Assembly: GCA_039190745.1 (NCBI GenBank)
Contig: JBCCXZ010000009.1
Location: 15,874-79,873 of the forward strand
Source: Planctomycetota bacterium
GTDB taxonomy: Bacteria > Planctomycetota > Planctomycetia > Pirellulales > Lacipirellulaceae
Reading direction: 5' to 3'
Length of the DNA stretch: 64,000 nt
The notes under the pieces are model-generated. The model was not told where the DNA came from. It saw only the letters and a list, made by a program, of their open reading frames with translations, and made no database searches. Of the stretch, positions 20,569-30,405 are shown one piece after another; within the stretch, counting starts at the first letter, position 1; every line of letters starts with the position of its first letter. A program made the translations under genes and the position numbers.

Positions 20569-22491
20569 ATGACCCGTAACACGACTAGCCGAGAACGGTT
20601 CGAGGACTACCGGGCCGACCTCCGCCAACGGGGCTACCAACCGACCAGCCGCCACGGTGCGGACCAGGCGGGGCACCGCCGTGAGCGTTCTTCGTGGGAC
20701 TTGGTGCGGCGCTTTTTCGGGCTGCTCGACGAGCACCGCGCGAGCGTGGTCCTCTCGCTGGCGACGCTGACCGCGGCGACCATGATTGCGCTCGTGCCGC
20801 CTGCTGCAACGAAGTTCGTGGTCGACAACGTGCTGGGCGGCGAGCCGCTACCGGAGTGGTTCCCGGCGTGGGTGCCCCGCGATCCCTGGCAGCTGATGCT
20901 GGTCATCGTGGCGGCCGTCATCGCAATGTCTCTGGCGAAGATCGCACTGCATATTTGGGGGCGTTGGCACGCGACGCGGGTCACCAAGTTGGTGCAGATG
21001 TCGGTCCGCCGTAAGGTCATCAACCAAGCCCTCCGGCTGCCGCTGCACCGCGTACAGGAACTGAAGTCGGGGGGCACGGCGAGCATCCTCCGGCAAGACG
21101 CCGGCAGCGTGGGCGACCTGGTTTTCGGCCTGCTCTACAACCCTTGGCAGGCGATCATCCAGCTCTTGGGCAGCATGCTGGTGCTCGCGTGGGTCGATTG
21201 GCGGCTGCTGCTGGGAGCCCTGGTGCTCGTGCCGCTGGTGTTCATCACGCACCGAACTTGGATCGGCCGGATCCGGCCGCAGTTCAAGGCGGTCCGCACG
21301 CAACGCGAGGAAGTTGATGCGTTGGCGACCGAGTCGTTCGGAGGCACACGCGTCGTGCGGGCTTTCAGCCGCCAACGTGCCGAATCGAACCGCATCATGC
21401 GGGGCAACCACCTCATGGGCCGGCAAGAGCTGCACGCCTGGTGGTGGATGCGGACCGTCGAAATCGTCTGGGAGGCGTTGATCCCGATGGCCTCGGCGGC
21501 GCTCTTACTCTACGGCGGGTGGCAGGTGTTAGAGGGCGACCTCACGCTCGGAGACTTGGTGATGTTCCTGGTGTATTTGCTGATGCTGCTCAGCCCGCTG
21601 GCGGTGCTCGCGCAGAGCGCCGCGGCGTTCCAGAACAGCCTCTCTGGCTTCGACCGGGTGCTCGACCTGCTGGACGAACCGCGGGAGATGGAAAACTCCG
21701 GTTCGGCCCACTTCGTCACGGGCGATGCATTCGACGGGCGGTTCACTTTCGAGGGCGTCAGCTTCGCGTACCCCAACTCCGAAGCCTTGGCCCTGGACGG
21801 CGTCTCGCTCGAAGTGGCCGCGGGAGAAACGGTCGCCTTGGTCGGCCCCAGCGGCGCCGGGAAGACGACGCTCTGCAACCTCATCGCGCGGTTCTACGAC
21901 CCCACGAGCGGCCGTGTGCTGGCCGACGGCCGCGACCTCCGCGACCTGAACGTGGAAAGTTACCGGCGGATGATCGGGATTGTCGAGCAGGACGTCTTCC
22001 TGTTCGACGGCACCGTGGCGGCTAACATCGGCTACGCCGACCGCGACGCGACAGAGGAAGACGTCCGCCGAGCGGCCGACATCGCGAACGCGACCGAGTT
22101 TATCGATGCGTTGCCCGAAGGCTTCGGCACCGTCATCGGCGAACGAGGCCTGAAGCTCAGCGGTGGGCAGAGGCAGCGTTTGGCGATCGCCCGGGCGGTG
22201 CTCGCCGACCCCCGCGTGCTGATCATGGACGAGGCGACCAGCAACCTCGACACTGAGAGCGAGCGGATGATCCAGGCGAGCCTGCAGCTGCTCACCCGCG
22301 ACCGCACGTGCTTCATCATCGCCCATCGCCTGAGCACCATCGCGCACGCCGACCGCATCGTGGTCCTCCGCGAAGGCCGGGTTGTGGAGACCGGCACGCA
22401 CGAGTCGCTCATGGAATCCGGCGGGTCGTACCGCGAGATGGTCGAACTGCAGACGCGTCCCCCAGAGCCGGCAGAAGACGCGACGGCCTAG
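20569..22491 (+). CDS. ABC transporter, fused permease/ATP-binding (MsbA-like exporter)
   Basis: N-terminal TM domain; Walker A GPSGAGKT, LSGGQRQR, MDEATS, AHRLST. Confidence 0.93.
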   Translation: MTRNTTSRERFEDYRADLRQRGYQPTSRHGADQAGHRRERSSWDLVRRFFGLLDEHRASVVLSLATLTAATMIALVPPAATKFVVDNVLGGEPLPEWFPAWVPRDPWQLMLVIVAAVIAMSLAKIALHIWGRWHATRVTKLVQMSVRRKVINQALRLPLHRVQELKSGGTASILRQDAGSVGDLVFGLLYNPWQAIIQLLGSMLVLAWVDWRLLLGALVLVPLVFITHRTWIGRIRPQFKAVRTQREEVDALATESFGGTRVVRAFSRQRAESNRIMRGNHLMGRQELHAWWWMRTVEIVWEALIPMASAALLLYGGWQVLEGDLTLGDLVMFLVYLLMLLSPLAVLAQSAAAFQNSLSGFDRVLDLLDEPREMENSGSAHFVTGDAFDGRFTFEGVSFAYPNSEALALDGVSLEVAAGETVALVGPSGAGKTTLCNLIARFYDPTSGRVLADGRDLRDLNVESYRRMIGIVEQDVFLFDGTVAANIGYADRDATEEDVRRAADIANATEFIDALPEGFGTVIGERGLKLSGGQRQRLAIARAVLADPRVLIMDEATSNLDTESERMIQASLQLLTRDRTCFIIAHRLSTIAHADRIVVLREGRVVETGTHESLMESGGSYREMVELQTRPPEPAEDATA

Positions 22492-22736
22492 CTGTCGGTG
22501 CTGAGCGGGTCGGCCCAGTCGAGCCCGGTCGCCTGCGTCACGCGCTGCTGGAAGTCGCCCAACAAACCGCCGAAGACGCTCCAACCGTCCTTCTGCCGGG
22601 CCTCGAGATCGCCCTGCTGGTTGACCCGCACGATGGTCTCGTCGCCGATGCCGCTGGCCTTAAGCCCCTCGGCGTCCATCTCCCCGGGCTCGGCGAAGGA
22701 GAGCAGTTGTTTGCCGGTCATCTCGATGAACTGCAT
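22488..22736 (-). CDS. Small hypothetical protein
   Basis: MQFIEMTGK...GLDWA; RBS-like AGGA upstream, coding-like composition. Confidence 0.65.
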   Translation of the reverse strand: MQFIEMTGKQLLSFAEPGEMDAEGLKASGIGDETIVRVNQQGDLEARQKDGWSVFGGLLGDFQQRVTQATGLDWADPLSTDS

Positions 22737-22952
22737 CGACTGAGGTTTCCTATTGGGCAAGATCGGTTTCGGGGCCGGCTGTTAATTCTCTCAGCAAGAC
22801 TTACTACTCTCAGTAAAAGCGGAACTACTGCTTGCCGCAAGTGGATCGGCGTTGATCGCTCAAGGTCTCGACTGGACTTCACTCAGTCGAGAGCACAAAA
22901 TCGAAGCTAAAGGGCCGCTGCGCCCGAGTCTCTTGCCATCTGAGCGTACGCC

Positions 22953-23474
22953 ATGCCTTATAATTGGGACCGCGGCCGGATCGCCTTCCTCGCCGGCGAG
23001 GGGGGCGTGATCGTCATCAACCTCCGCGACCGCGAGAGCGAGGGCCGCTGTTTTCTCGAATGGTGTGCGGACGACGTGACCCGCGAGCGGCTGATTGCCT
23101 GTTACGCAGAGTGCTTCACCTTCCGCAAGGAGCAGCTCGGCATTGAGGCGTTGGCCAACCTGAAGGACCACGACGAGCCGGTCAAGCTGCTGGTGAACTT
23201 CCGACCGTGGCGGGAGCGCGAGGTGCAGGTCGAAGCATTCCGCGACTTCCGCGGCCTGCTGAGCGAGCGTGAGGAAGAGCTGCTCACCTGGATCGGCAAC
23301 GACATCAGCGACGATACGATCGCCGAGGCGATGGGCATCACCATCCGCACCGTGCAGGGCATGCGGAGCGACATCAAGAAAAAGCTCGGCGTCACGCAGA
23401 CCGCCGGGCTGATCCTCGCCGCCGACCGACTGGGCTGGGGCTTCCGCCGCGAGCAGCTCGAAGGCTGCGACTAG
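22953..23474 (+). CDS. LuxR-type HTH domain protein
   Basis: C-terminal LSEREEELL..IAEAMGITIRTV..IKKKLGV. Confidence 0.82.
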   Translation: MPYNWDRGRIAFLAGEGGVIVINLRDRESEGRCFLEWCADDVTRERLIACYAECFTFRKEQLGIEALANLKDHDEPVKLLVNFRPWREREVQVEAFRDFRGLLSEREEELLTWIGNDISDDTIAEAMGITIRTVQGMRSDIKKKLGVTQTAGLILAADRLGWGFRREQLEGCD

Positions 23475-23504
23475 CAGCCGGCACTCTTTCCTCCGGCGTG
23501 CGTG

Positions 23505-24152
23505 CTAGTAACCAAAGTGCGCAGCCGCGTGCAGCTTGGCCAAGTCGGACTGGGCCAGGCCCTCGATCTTCTCGGCGTCGAACCGGTGGTCGTTGGTCAG
23601 GTGCTCGAAGAACGACATGCCGGCCACGTCGGCCGGGGGAGCGTCGATCGTCTTGAGCCAGATGGCAAGCTCGGCGGCCCGCAGGCTGCGGAGCCACTTG
23701 CTCGGGGGCAACCCGTGCCGGGCCCGGCGTTCGGGGTCGGGCGTGCGGAACTCGGCGTTCGCTAGCCCGGAGCCCGGCGCGTCGAACCGCTTGCCCCGGT
23801 AGCCGGTGCGGACGGATTCGGGCGCCGCCGATTCGTCGAGGTAGCCCTCCACCGACTCAAGCGGCTCGCCGGTTTCGGTGTTCAGCGGCACCGTCACGCC
23901 GGTGAGTACCCACTCGCCGTCGATGAGCGACTCGCGTTCGTACCAACGCCAGCCGGGGTTGTGGCGAGAGCTCCAGTGTTCGGCTGTCTTCCGCTGGGGC
24001 TTGGCGGTCTCTGCCCTGGCGGGGGGCGTCGCGGGCGTGTCGGTGCGGTCCATCAATCCGGCGGCCAGCGCGTCGAGCGTTTCGGAGCGCACGGCCTCCG
24101 CCAGGCTGAACAGCCCCATGCCGAGCCAGAATGCGAACTGTCTGCGGAACAC
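23505..24152 (-). CDS. Hypothetical protein
   Basis: Probable GTG start (FRRQFAFWLGMGLFSL); this is the coding 3' part of the 654-aa ORF. Confidence 0.6.
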   Translation of the reverse strand: MFRRQFAFWLGMGLFSLAEAVRSETLDALAAGLMDRTDTPATPPARAETAKPQRKTAEHWSSRHNPGWRWYERESLIDGEWVLTGVTVPLNTETGEPLESVEGYLDESAAPESVRTGYRGKRFDAPGSGLANAEFRTPDPERRARHGLPPSKWLRSLRAAELAIWLKTIDAPPADVAGMSFFEHLTNDHRFDAEKIEGLAQSDLAKLHAAAHFGY

Positions 24153-24446
24153 AACCACAGCCCTTGTTACCCCGGGGGGTGGGGACACACCGAACAGCGT
24201 CCCCCTGGGTCCTTTATACGTCGGACCGAGCGCCGGGTGTTCACGCCAACCCTTCCGCCCGCGAAGTCTGGGGCAACGACCGGCCCCCCAACCGCGACAG
24301 CCCGCGGCAGGCCGCCCGGGCCAGAAAGGCTCAAGTTCCGCGGCCTCGGGGCCGGTCGGTGGCACGCCGAAATCTGCTGGTGTATGTTCGCGTGCGCTGC
24401 CGGCTTCCCATCCGCCCGAACTACCCCCGAATGCGGCCCCGACGCA

Positions 24447-25781
24447 ATGAATCCACTCCGCTTGCTCCTGTTTCTGCTGCTCGTCTTCCCGGCGGTCTCC
24501 CCTCATGCCGCGAAGGGGCACGAACCCCCGAAACGCTTCACCGAGAAGGCACAGCACAAGCCGACGCCGCTTCCCGACCGGGTGATCCTCACCCTGACCG
24601 AGTCGCCCGCCACGTCGGTCGACGTCACTTGGCGGACGAGCACCGAGGTGGAAAAGAGCGTGGTGGAGGTCGCCCCGGCAGACGGCGTCGCGGGGAACCT
24701 CATGGCGGGCATCGTGCCCTGGGCTGAAGAAGTCGCCGGCGCGCACGAGCCGTTCAAGTCCGACCTGGGGACGTGCCACATGCACACCGCCCGGCTGGAG
24801 GGCTTGAAGCCGGCGACTATGTACGTCTACCGCGTCGGAGACGGCGACAAACGCTGGAGCGAGTGGCACCAGGTGGTAACGGCCAGCGACGCGGCGGAGC
24901 CGTTTACGTTCATCTACTTCGGCGACGCCCAGAACGCGGTTCGGTCGATGTGGTCGCGTGTCGTTCGCGAGGCGAACCTGACCGCGCCCAAGGCGGCGTT
25001 TATGCTGCACGCCGGCGACCTCATCAACCGAGCCAACCGCGACGCGGAGTGGGGCGAGTGGTTCTACGCCGGCGGCTGGCTGAATGGGCGGATCCCCTCC
25101 ATCGCCACGCCGGGCAACCACGAGTACGACAGGCTCCCCGGGGAAGACGACAAGAGCCTGTCGCTGCATTGGCGGCCCTCCTTCTCGTTCCCAACGAACG
25201 GACCGGAAGGGCTGGAGGAAACCGTCTACTGGCTCGACTATCAGGGCGTGCGTTTCGTCGCGCTCAACAGCAACGAGCAGGTCGACCGACAGACCGAGTG
25301 GCTGCGCAGCGTACTCGCGGACGCGTCGCGGCCGAAATGGACTGTGGTCACTTTTCACCACCCGATCTACTCCGCGGCCCGCAACCGCGACAACCCCGGC
25401 CTGCGTAAGCAGTGGCGGCCGCTGCTGGAGGAGCAGGGCGTCGACCTGGTGCTGCAGGGGCACGACCACGCCTACGCCCGCTCCGGGCTAGGCGGTCCCG
25501 AAAACGTGACCGAAGGAGTGCGGACGAAGCAGAGCAACACGGTCTACGTCGTTAGCGTCAGCGGCCCGAAAATGTACCCGGTGCAACAAACCTGGGACAT
25601 GAGCCGCGCCGCCTCGGGGGTGCAGCTCTTCCAGGTGATCTACGTCTCGCAGGATGACATCAAATATGAAGCCCGGCTCGCTACGGGCGAGCTCTACGAC
25701 GCGTTCACGCTTACGAAGAACGCCGACGGCGTGAGCACGCTCACCGAACAAGTGCCGGAGACAGAGGCAATCCGAAAGTAA
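24447..25781 (+). CDS. Purple acid phosphatase-family metallophosphoesterase
   Basis: Signal peptide MNPLRLLL; FN3-like N-terminal domain; GDAQ, HAGDL, GNHE, HHP, GHDH. Confidence 0.9.
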   Translation: MNPLRLLLFLLLVFPAVSPHAAKGHEPPKRFTEKAQHKPTPLPDRVILTLTESPATSVDVTWRTSTEVEKSVVEVAPADGVAGNLMAGIVPWAEEVAGAHEPFKSDLGTCHMHTARLEGLKPATMYVYRVGDGDKRWSEWHQVVTASDAAEPFTFIYFGDAQNAVRSMWSRVVREANLTAPKAAFMLHAGDLINRANRDAEWGEWFYAGGWLNGRIPSIATPGNHEYDRLPGEDDKSLSLHWRPSFSFPTNGPEGLEETVYWLDYQGVRFVALNSNEQVDRQTEWLRSVLADASRPKWTVVTFHHPIYSAARNRDNPGLRKQWRPLLEEQGVDLVLQGHDHAYARSGLGGPENVTEGVRTKQSNTVYVVSVSGPKMYPVQQTWDMSRAASGVQLFQVIYVSQDDIKYEARLATGELYDAFTLTKNADGVSTLTEQVPETEAIRK

Positions 25782-25789
25782 TAGCCAGT

Positions 25790-26326
25790 GGGGAATGAAC
25801 CGCAGAGGACGCGGAGGGCGCAGAGAGAAAAAGAGAGAAAAGAAGTAGCAGGAAGGGGTTTGGATGGAGGTGAACAAGGTTAGCGGGGCCATTGTCGATG
25901 CGGCAATGAAAGTGCACTCGGCACTGGGGCCAGGGTTATTGGAGTCGGCCTACGAAGGCTGTCTTACTTTTGAGTTGAATCGCCGGGGATTGTCGGTTGC
26001 TCGGCAAAACGAACTGCCCGTCGTCTACGAGAAAGTCCGGATAGATGTTGGCTATCGTTTGGACTTGCTGGTTGAAGAATCCGTGATAGTAGAGCTGAAG
26101 GCGGTCGAGAAGCTAAAGGAAATCCATAAGGCCCAGCTACTCAGTTACCTCAAACTGAGCAACAAGCCAGTCGGTCTCCTCATCAACTTTCACGTACAGA
26201 GATTGAAAGACGGAATCGTCCGCCTAGCAAACAACGCCTAGCAGCCACGTACTTTCCTCTTCTTGCCTCTTTCCCTCTTCCTCTCCTTTTCCTCTGCGAC
26301 CTCCGCGACCTCTGCGGTAAATCCCC
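25790..26326. mobile_element. Cassette bounded by inverted 9-nt tandem-unit arms (family 1) carrying a GxxExxY gene
   Basis: Left accgcagag-gacgcggag-ggcgcagag (25799-25825); right ctctgcgac-ctccgcgac-ctctgcggt (26292-26318); 25/27 complementary. Mobility is inferred, not shown. Confidence 0.65.
25864..26241 (+). CDS. GxxExxY protein (PD-(D/E)XK nuclease-like)
   Basis: GPGLLESAY motif, RLDLLVE..IVELKA, QLLSYL, GLLINF; lower GC than neighbours. Confidence 0.93.
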   Translation: MEVNKVSGAIVDAAMKVHSALGPGLLESAYEGCLTFELNRRGLSVARQNELPVVYEKVRIDVGYRLDLLVEESVIVELKAVEKLKEIHKAQLLSYLKLSNKPVGLLINFHVQRLKDGIVRLANNA

Positions 26327-26332
26327 TCGCGT

Positions 26333-27394
26333 TCACCGCGTTTGCAGCTCGTCCAGAGTCACCGCGTACTCCATCAGCCGCTGGCCCTCGCTGCCGATGC
26401 CGACCATTGTCACCAAGACCGGCTGGGCGCCCCAGTCGATCCGCAGCACGCCGAAATTGGTCTGCCGCAGCACCGGCGAGACGCGGAAGCGGTTCGGCTC
26501 GTCCGCTTCGCCGGGGTCCTGCGTCAGGCCCGACGAGGTAAAGTCGACCATCGGGTACGGCGCCGCCTCTTCCTCGTCGCGCGAGATCTCCATGAGGTGG
26601 CGGTCGCCGGAGACCATCACCACGCCGCCGGCGCCCGTCTCGCCGATCAGGTCGTACAGCCGCCGCCGCTCGTGCGGGAAGTTGCCCCAGCACTCCCACT
26701 GGTGCTCGTAGGGCACGACCTGGATGCTCGACCCGATCACGCGCAGGTCGGCCGGCTTCTTGAGTTGCTCGCCGAGCCACGACCACTGCTCCTCGCCTAG
26801 GAGTTGGGGCGATCCGTCTTCGTGCGGGAGGTACGGCCCAATGTTCCCGCGTTGCCAGTTCTCTGCACGCCGCAAGGCGTCGCGGTGGTAGCGGGTGTCG
26901 AGCAGGATCACCTGCACCCGCCGGCCCGGCGGGCCGAACACCCACGCGCCGTACACGCCTTCACGCTGCCAGCGGAGCGAGTCGGCCGGCTCATTGAAGA
27001 ACATCAGCATCAGCTGCTGCGACTCACGCTTCATGGGGAACTCTTTGCCCGCGTCGTTCAGGCCGTAGTCGTGGTCGTCCCAGGTGGCGAGCACCGGGCA
27101 GGTCCGCAGGAGCCGCTGGTACCCAGGCTGCTGCCCGAGCACTCGGTAGGCCTCGGCGATGTCGCCCGGCGAGCGCGGCTTCTCCGGCGAGTCGGCGTAC
27201 ATGTTGTCGCCGATGAACAGGAACAAGTCCGGCTGCTGGGCGATCACCTGATCCCAGATCGGCTGCGGGCGGTCTTCCTTGGCGCAGGAGCCGAAGGCGA
27301 TCGTGTCGATCACCCCGTCGGCGGCGGAAACTGCCTGCATCGAAAGAACAGTGCAAGCGGCGAGCAGGATCAGAGCAGCGGCGGAGCGTGACAT
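26333..27394 (-). CDS. PhoD-like alkaline phosphatase
   Basis: IAFGSC, GDNMYAD, WDDHD, LLDTRY, SGDRH. Confidence 0.9.
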   Translation of the reverse strand: MSRSAAALILLAACTVLSMQAVSAADGVIDTIAFGSCAKEDRPQPIWDQVIAQQPDLFLFIGDNMYADSPEKPRSPGDIAEAYRVLGQQPGYQRLLRTCPVLATWDDHDYGLNDAGKEFPMKRESQQLMLMFFNEPADSLRWQREGVYGAWVFGPPGRRVQVILLDTRYHRDALRRAENWQRGNIGPYLPHEDGSPQLLGEEQWSWLGEQLKKPADLRVIGSSIQVVPYEHQWECWGNFPHERRRLYDLIGETGAGGVVMVSGDRHLMEISRDEEEAAPYPMVDFTSSGLTQDPGEADEPNRFRVSPVLRQTNFGVLRIDWGAQPVLVTMVGIGSEGQRLMEYAVTLDELQTR

Positions 27395-27529
27395 AGCGGC
27401 TTGGCGGGTAGAAGGGCAGGGCGGGGCACACGGGAGTGTGACCGTTGCCGACCGAGCCCGTCAACCAGCCGCCGCGAATCTTCACGGGCATAACGGACAC
27501 CGCACTGGCGCGAGGGCCGTCTTGCTCTT

Positions 27530-27601
27530 TGTGGGAGGCCTCTCCGAGGCCGATGATGTTCTCAAAGCAGACCGAAATCGGGCTCAGAGAGCCCCCCCAC
27601 A
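27530..27601. repeat. REP-like inverted doublet (REPIN-like), copy A
   Basis: tgtgggaggcctctccgaggccgat...atcgggctcagagagcccccccaca; same unit as 48139-48213. Confidence 0.7.
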
Positions 27602-27643
27602 CTAGGACGAGAGCAGGAGAAGCCGGGCCCCTTCCCACTTTCC

Positions 27644-27672
27644 CTCCGCGTACTCTGCGCCCTCTGCGGTTC
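27644..27672 (-). repeat. Orphan family-1 arm directly after the preA stop codon
   Basis: ctccgcgta-ctctgcgcc-ctctgcggt-tc; same unit as 26292 and 32474. Confidence 0.8.
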
Positions 27673-27676
27673 CACT

Positions 27677-28807
27677 CTACCCGCGGGCGAGCGCGTCGCT
27701 CTGCTCGACGAAGTCGTCGCCGTCCCACTCCTCGTCGGCGGTGATCATCCGCTGCCGCTCTTTCTCGGCCTTCTTCGCCGCCCGGGCCTCGGCCTGGCGT
27801 TTGACCAGGTCGGCGTGCGTGGTGAAGAACTGCAACGAGTGCCCGCGGAAGTCGTCGAGCGTCTCGAACCCGTGCTGCTCCATGAAGGCGAGCAGCTCCT
27901 CCTGCATGGTTTGCACGCAGCGGTAGCCCATCTTCATCACGCCGGTGCAGACCTGTACCGTGTGGCTGCCGAGCAGAATAAACTCCGCGGCGTCTTTGCC
28001 GGTCTCGACGCCGCCGATGCCGCTGAGCGTGCACTCTGGGAACTCGTCCCTCAGCACTGTGGCCACTTCCATACACATGCGCAGGGCGATCGGCTTAACC
28101 GCCTGACAAGAGTACCCGCCCGGCGTGGTGTAGCCCTCGACGTTCGGCTCGGGGCGGAGCGAGTCGAGGTCGACCCCAATAACGCTGCGGATGGTGTTGA
28201 TCGCGGCGATGCCGTGGCAGCCCGCTTCGAGGCTGGCCCGCGTGGGGTCTTCAATGTGCGTGACGTTGGGCGTCATCTTGGCCCACACTGGCTTCTTGGC
28301 CACCTCCATCACCCAGCCGCACACCTCGCGGAGGATGTCGGGGTTCTCGCCCATCGCGGCGCCCATGCGGCGCTCCGGCAGCCCGTGCGGGCACGACATG
28401 TTCAGCTCGAACGAGTCGACCCCGGCCTCCTCGCAACGCCCGACGATCTCGTGCCACGCATCGCGGTTGTACTCTTCCATGATCGAGGCGATCAGGATGC
28501 CCTCAGGGTGCGAGTCCTTGAGCGCCTTGAACTCGTCGAGCCAGGTCTCGAAGCTGCGGTCGCTGATCAGCTCGATGTTCTCCCAGCCGTAGATCTCGTT
28601 CGACTCGCGGCTGCGGAGCCGGCCGTAGCGGGGCTGGACGTTGATCACCTTCGAGGCGTCGAGGCTGACCGTCTTGCAAATCACGGCGCCCCAACCGTCG
28701 TCGAACGCTCGGCCGATCACCTTGCCATTGGTGCCGGGGGGGCCGGAGCCGATGACAAACGGGTTGGGGAGCTTCAGGCCGTTGACGGTCGTGGCGAGTG
28801 TGGGCAT
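27677..28807 (-). CDS. preA: Dihydropyrimidine dehydrogenase catalytic subunit (PreA/plant PYD1-like, no C-terminal 4Fe-4S domain)
   Basis: NPFVIGSGPP, NIELISDR, ELNMSCPHG, KMTPN, GIGGVETG; no CxxCxxC ferredoxin motifs at the C-terminus. Confidence 0.9.
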   Translation of the reverse strand: MPTLATTVNGLKLPNPFVIGSGPPGTNGKVIGRAFDDGWGAVICKTVSLDASKVINVQPRYGRLRSRESNEIYGWENIELISDRSFETWLDEFKALKDSHPEGILIASIMEEYNRDAWHEIVGRCEEAGVDSFELNMSCPHGLPERRMGAAMGENPDILREVCGWVMEVAKKPVWAKMTPNVTHIEDPTRASLEAGCHGIAAINTIRSVIGVDLDSLRPEPNVEGYTTPGGYSCQAVKPIALRMCMEVATVLRDEFPECTLSGIGGVETGKDAAEFILLGSHTVQVCTGVMKMGYRCVQTMQEELLAFMEQHGFETLDDFRGHSLQFFTTHADLVKRQAEARAAKKAEKERQRMITADEEWDGDDFVEQSDALARG

Positions 28808-28836
28808 GGCTCTGGCTTTCGATTCAAGAACAGTGA

Positions 28837-28978
28837 CTCTCGCAAAGGCGCGAAGGCGCAAAGGAGAGAGCCAAAGAGCTTCCTAAATGATGTCTTTCTG
28901 TTTTACCAAACTCGGCTATATACCTCTCGAAGAGCTAATGAAGACTCTTGATGTCTTCCCTTAGCGCCTTCGCGAGAG
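28837..28978. repeat. Inverted 8-nt tandem-unit arms (family 2) around a ~95-bp AT-rich spacer
   Basis: ctct-cgcaaagg-cgcgaagg-cgcaaagg ... ccttagcg-ccttcgcg-agag. Confidence 0.85.
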
Positions 28979-28987
28979 CCTCTCCAC

Positions 28988-30343
28988 TCAGACTGTCAAT
29001 TCCGAAAGCACCTCATCCAACGACGCGACCAAGTAATCGGCGTCGTCCTTCGTGATGCACATCGGCGGTTTGATCCGCAGCGTGTTGCCGTACAGTCCGC
29101 CCTTGCCGACCAGCACGCTGCGTTCCTTCATCTTCTCCAGCACGTCGGCGGTCTCCGCGGCCGCGGGCTCTTTGGTCTTTCGGTGCTTCACGAGCTCGAC
29201 GCCCAGCATGAGGCCCATGCCGCGCACCTCGCCGATGAGAGCGTGCTTCTCTTGCAGCTCGAACAGCCGGTCTTTGAGGTGGCCGCCCACTTCCAGAGCG
29301 TTCTCCTGGATGCCGTCTTCTTCGATGACTTCGAGCGTAGCCAGCCCCTGGGTCATGCTCACGGGGTTGCCGCCGTAGGTGTTGAAGTGCACGCGATTCT
29401 TCATCATCTGGGAGATCGGATCGGTCGTGGTGAACGCCCCCAGCGGGGCGCCGTTGCCGATGCCCTTGGCCATCGTGATGCCGTCGGGCACCACGCCCCA
29501 GTTCTGGTGGGCCCAAAAGTGCTTGCCTGTGCGGCCGAAACCGCCCTGCACTTCGTCGGCGTAGCACAGCCCGCCGTGCTCGCGGACGATGTCGTACACG
29601 ATCTGGAAGAACTCCGGCGGCGGGGTCACGGCGCCGCCGACGCCCTGGATCGGCTCGCCGATGAAGCACGCCACCTCGCCGGGGGTTTGGTACTCGATGA
29701 CGTTCTTCACGTCGTGGGCGCACTTCAAGCCGCAGCTGGGGTACTCGAGGTTGAAGGGGCAGCGGTAGCAGTACCCCGCGTGCGTGTGCAGGATGCCCGG
29801 GGCCTGGTTCGACTTGAACCGCCACGTGCCGTGGGCGGTGAGGCCCATCGTGGTGGCGGTGCCGCCGTGGTAGGCGTTCCGCAGGCCAATGACGTCGGTG
29901 TTGCCGGTGTGCTCGCGGGCCGAGAGGATCGCGACCTCGTTCGCCTCGCTCCCGGAGTTCGTGAAGTACGTCCGGTCGAGCCCCTCGGGCATGTGCGAGG
30001 CGAGCTTCTCGGCGAACTTGGCGATGTTTGGGTGCAGGTAGATCGTCGTCAGGTGCTGCAGCTTGCCGTTCTGCTCGTCGATCTTCTCGATCACCTTCGG
30101 GTGGCAGTGCCCGACGCTGACGGTGACGATCCCCGCGAAGGCGTCGAGGTACCGCTTGCCGGTCTCGTCCCAGACGTACTGCATCTTCCCCTCGACCACC
30201 ATCAGGGGGTCGCGGTAGTAGGTGATCACGCCGGGCGAGACGTACTGGCTCCGCAGCGCGATGACCTCCTCACGCGAGGGGCCGTCGTAGGCCGCGGGCT
30301 CGTGGTCGATGATTGGCAACTGCAATTGGGCGTCGGTGGACAT
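28988..30343 (-). CDS. Class III PLP aminotransferase (AGXT2/PYD4-like, probable beta-alanine aminotransferase)
   Basis: YLDAFAGI..VGHCHP, NSGSEANE, EPIQGVGG, DEVQGGFGRTG, MAKGIGNG; pyrimidine catabolic context. Confidence 0.88.
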   Translation of the reverse strand: MSTDAQLQLPIIDHEPAAYDGPSREEVIALRSQYVSPGVITYYRDPLMVVEGKMQYVWDETGKRYLDAFAGIVTVSVGHCHPKVIEKIDEQNGKLQHLTTIYLHPNIAKFAEKLASHMPEGLDRTYFTNSGSEANEVAILSAREHTGNTDVIGLRNAYHGGTATTMGLTAHGTWRFKSNQAPGILHTHAGYCYRCPFNLEYPSCGLKCAHDVKNVIEYQTPGEVACFIGEPIQGVGGAVTPPPEFFQIVYDIVREHGGLCYADEVQGGFGRTGKHFWAHQNWGVVPDGITMAKGIGNGAPLGAFTTTDPISQMMKNRVHFNTYGGNPVSMTQGLATLEVIEEDGIQENALEVGGHLKDRLFELQEKHALIGEVRGMGLMLGVELVKHRKTKEPAAAETADVLEKMKERSVLVGKGGLYGNTLRIKPPMCITKDDADYLVASLDEVLSELTV

Positions 30344-30361
30344 AGGTTGTTATTCGAGGGG

Positions 30362-30399
30362 AATGGACAGGATAACAGGATCAGCAGGATGGACAGGAT
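30362..30399. repeat. Family-3 arm (xCAGGAT units) upstream of the aminotransferase start
   Basis: aat-ggacaggat-aacaggat-cagcaggat-ggacaggat; 20 bp are identical, inverted, to 58567-58586. Confidence 0.85.
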
Positions 30400-30405
30400 T
30401 TCGTC

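Noticed and set aside
23505..25469. 654-aa minus-strand ORF as one protein
   Set aside because: Its 5' two-thirds is antisense to the motif-supported phosphatase; only ~23505-24152 looks coding
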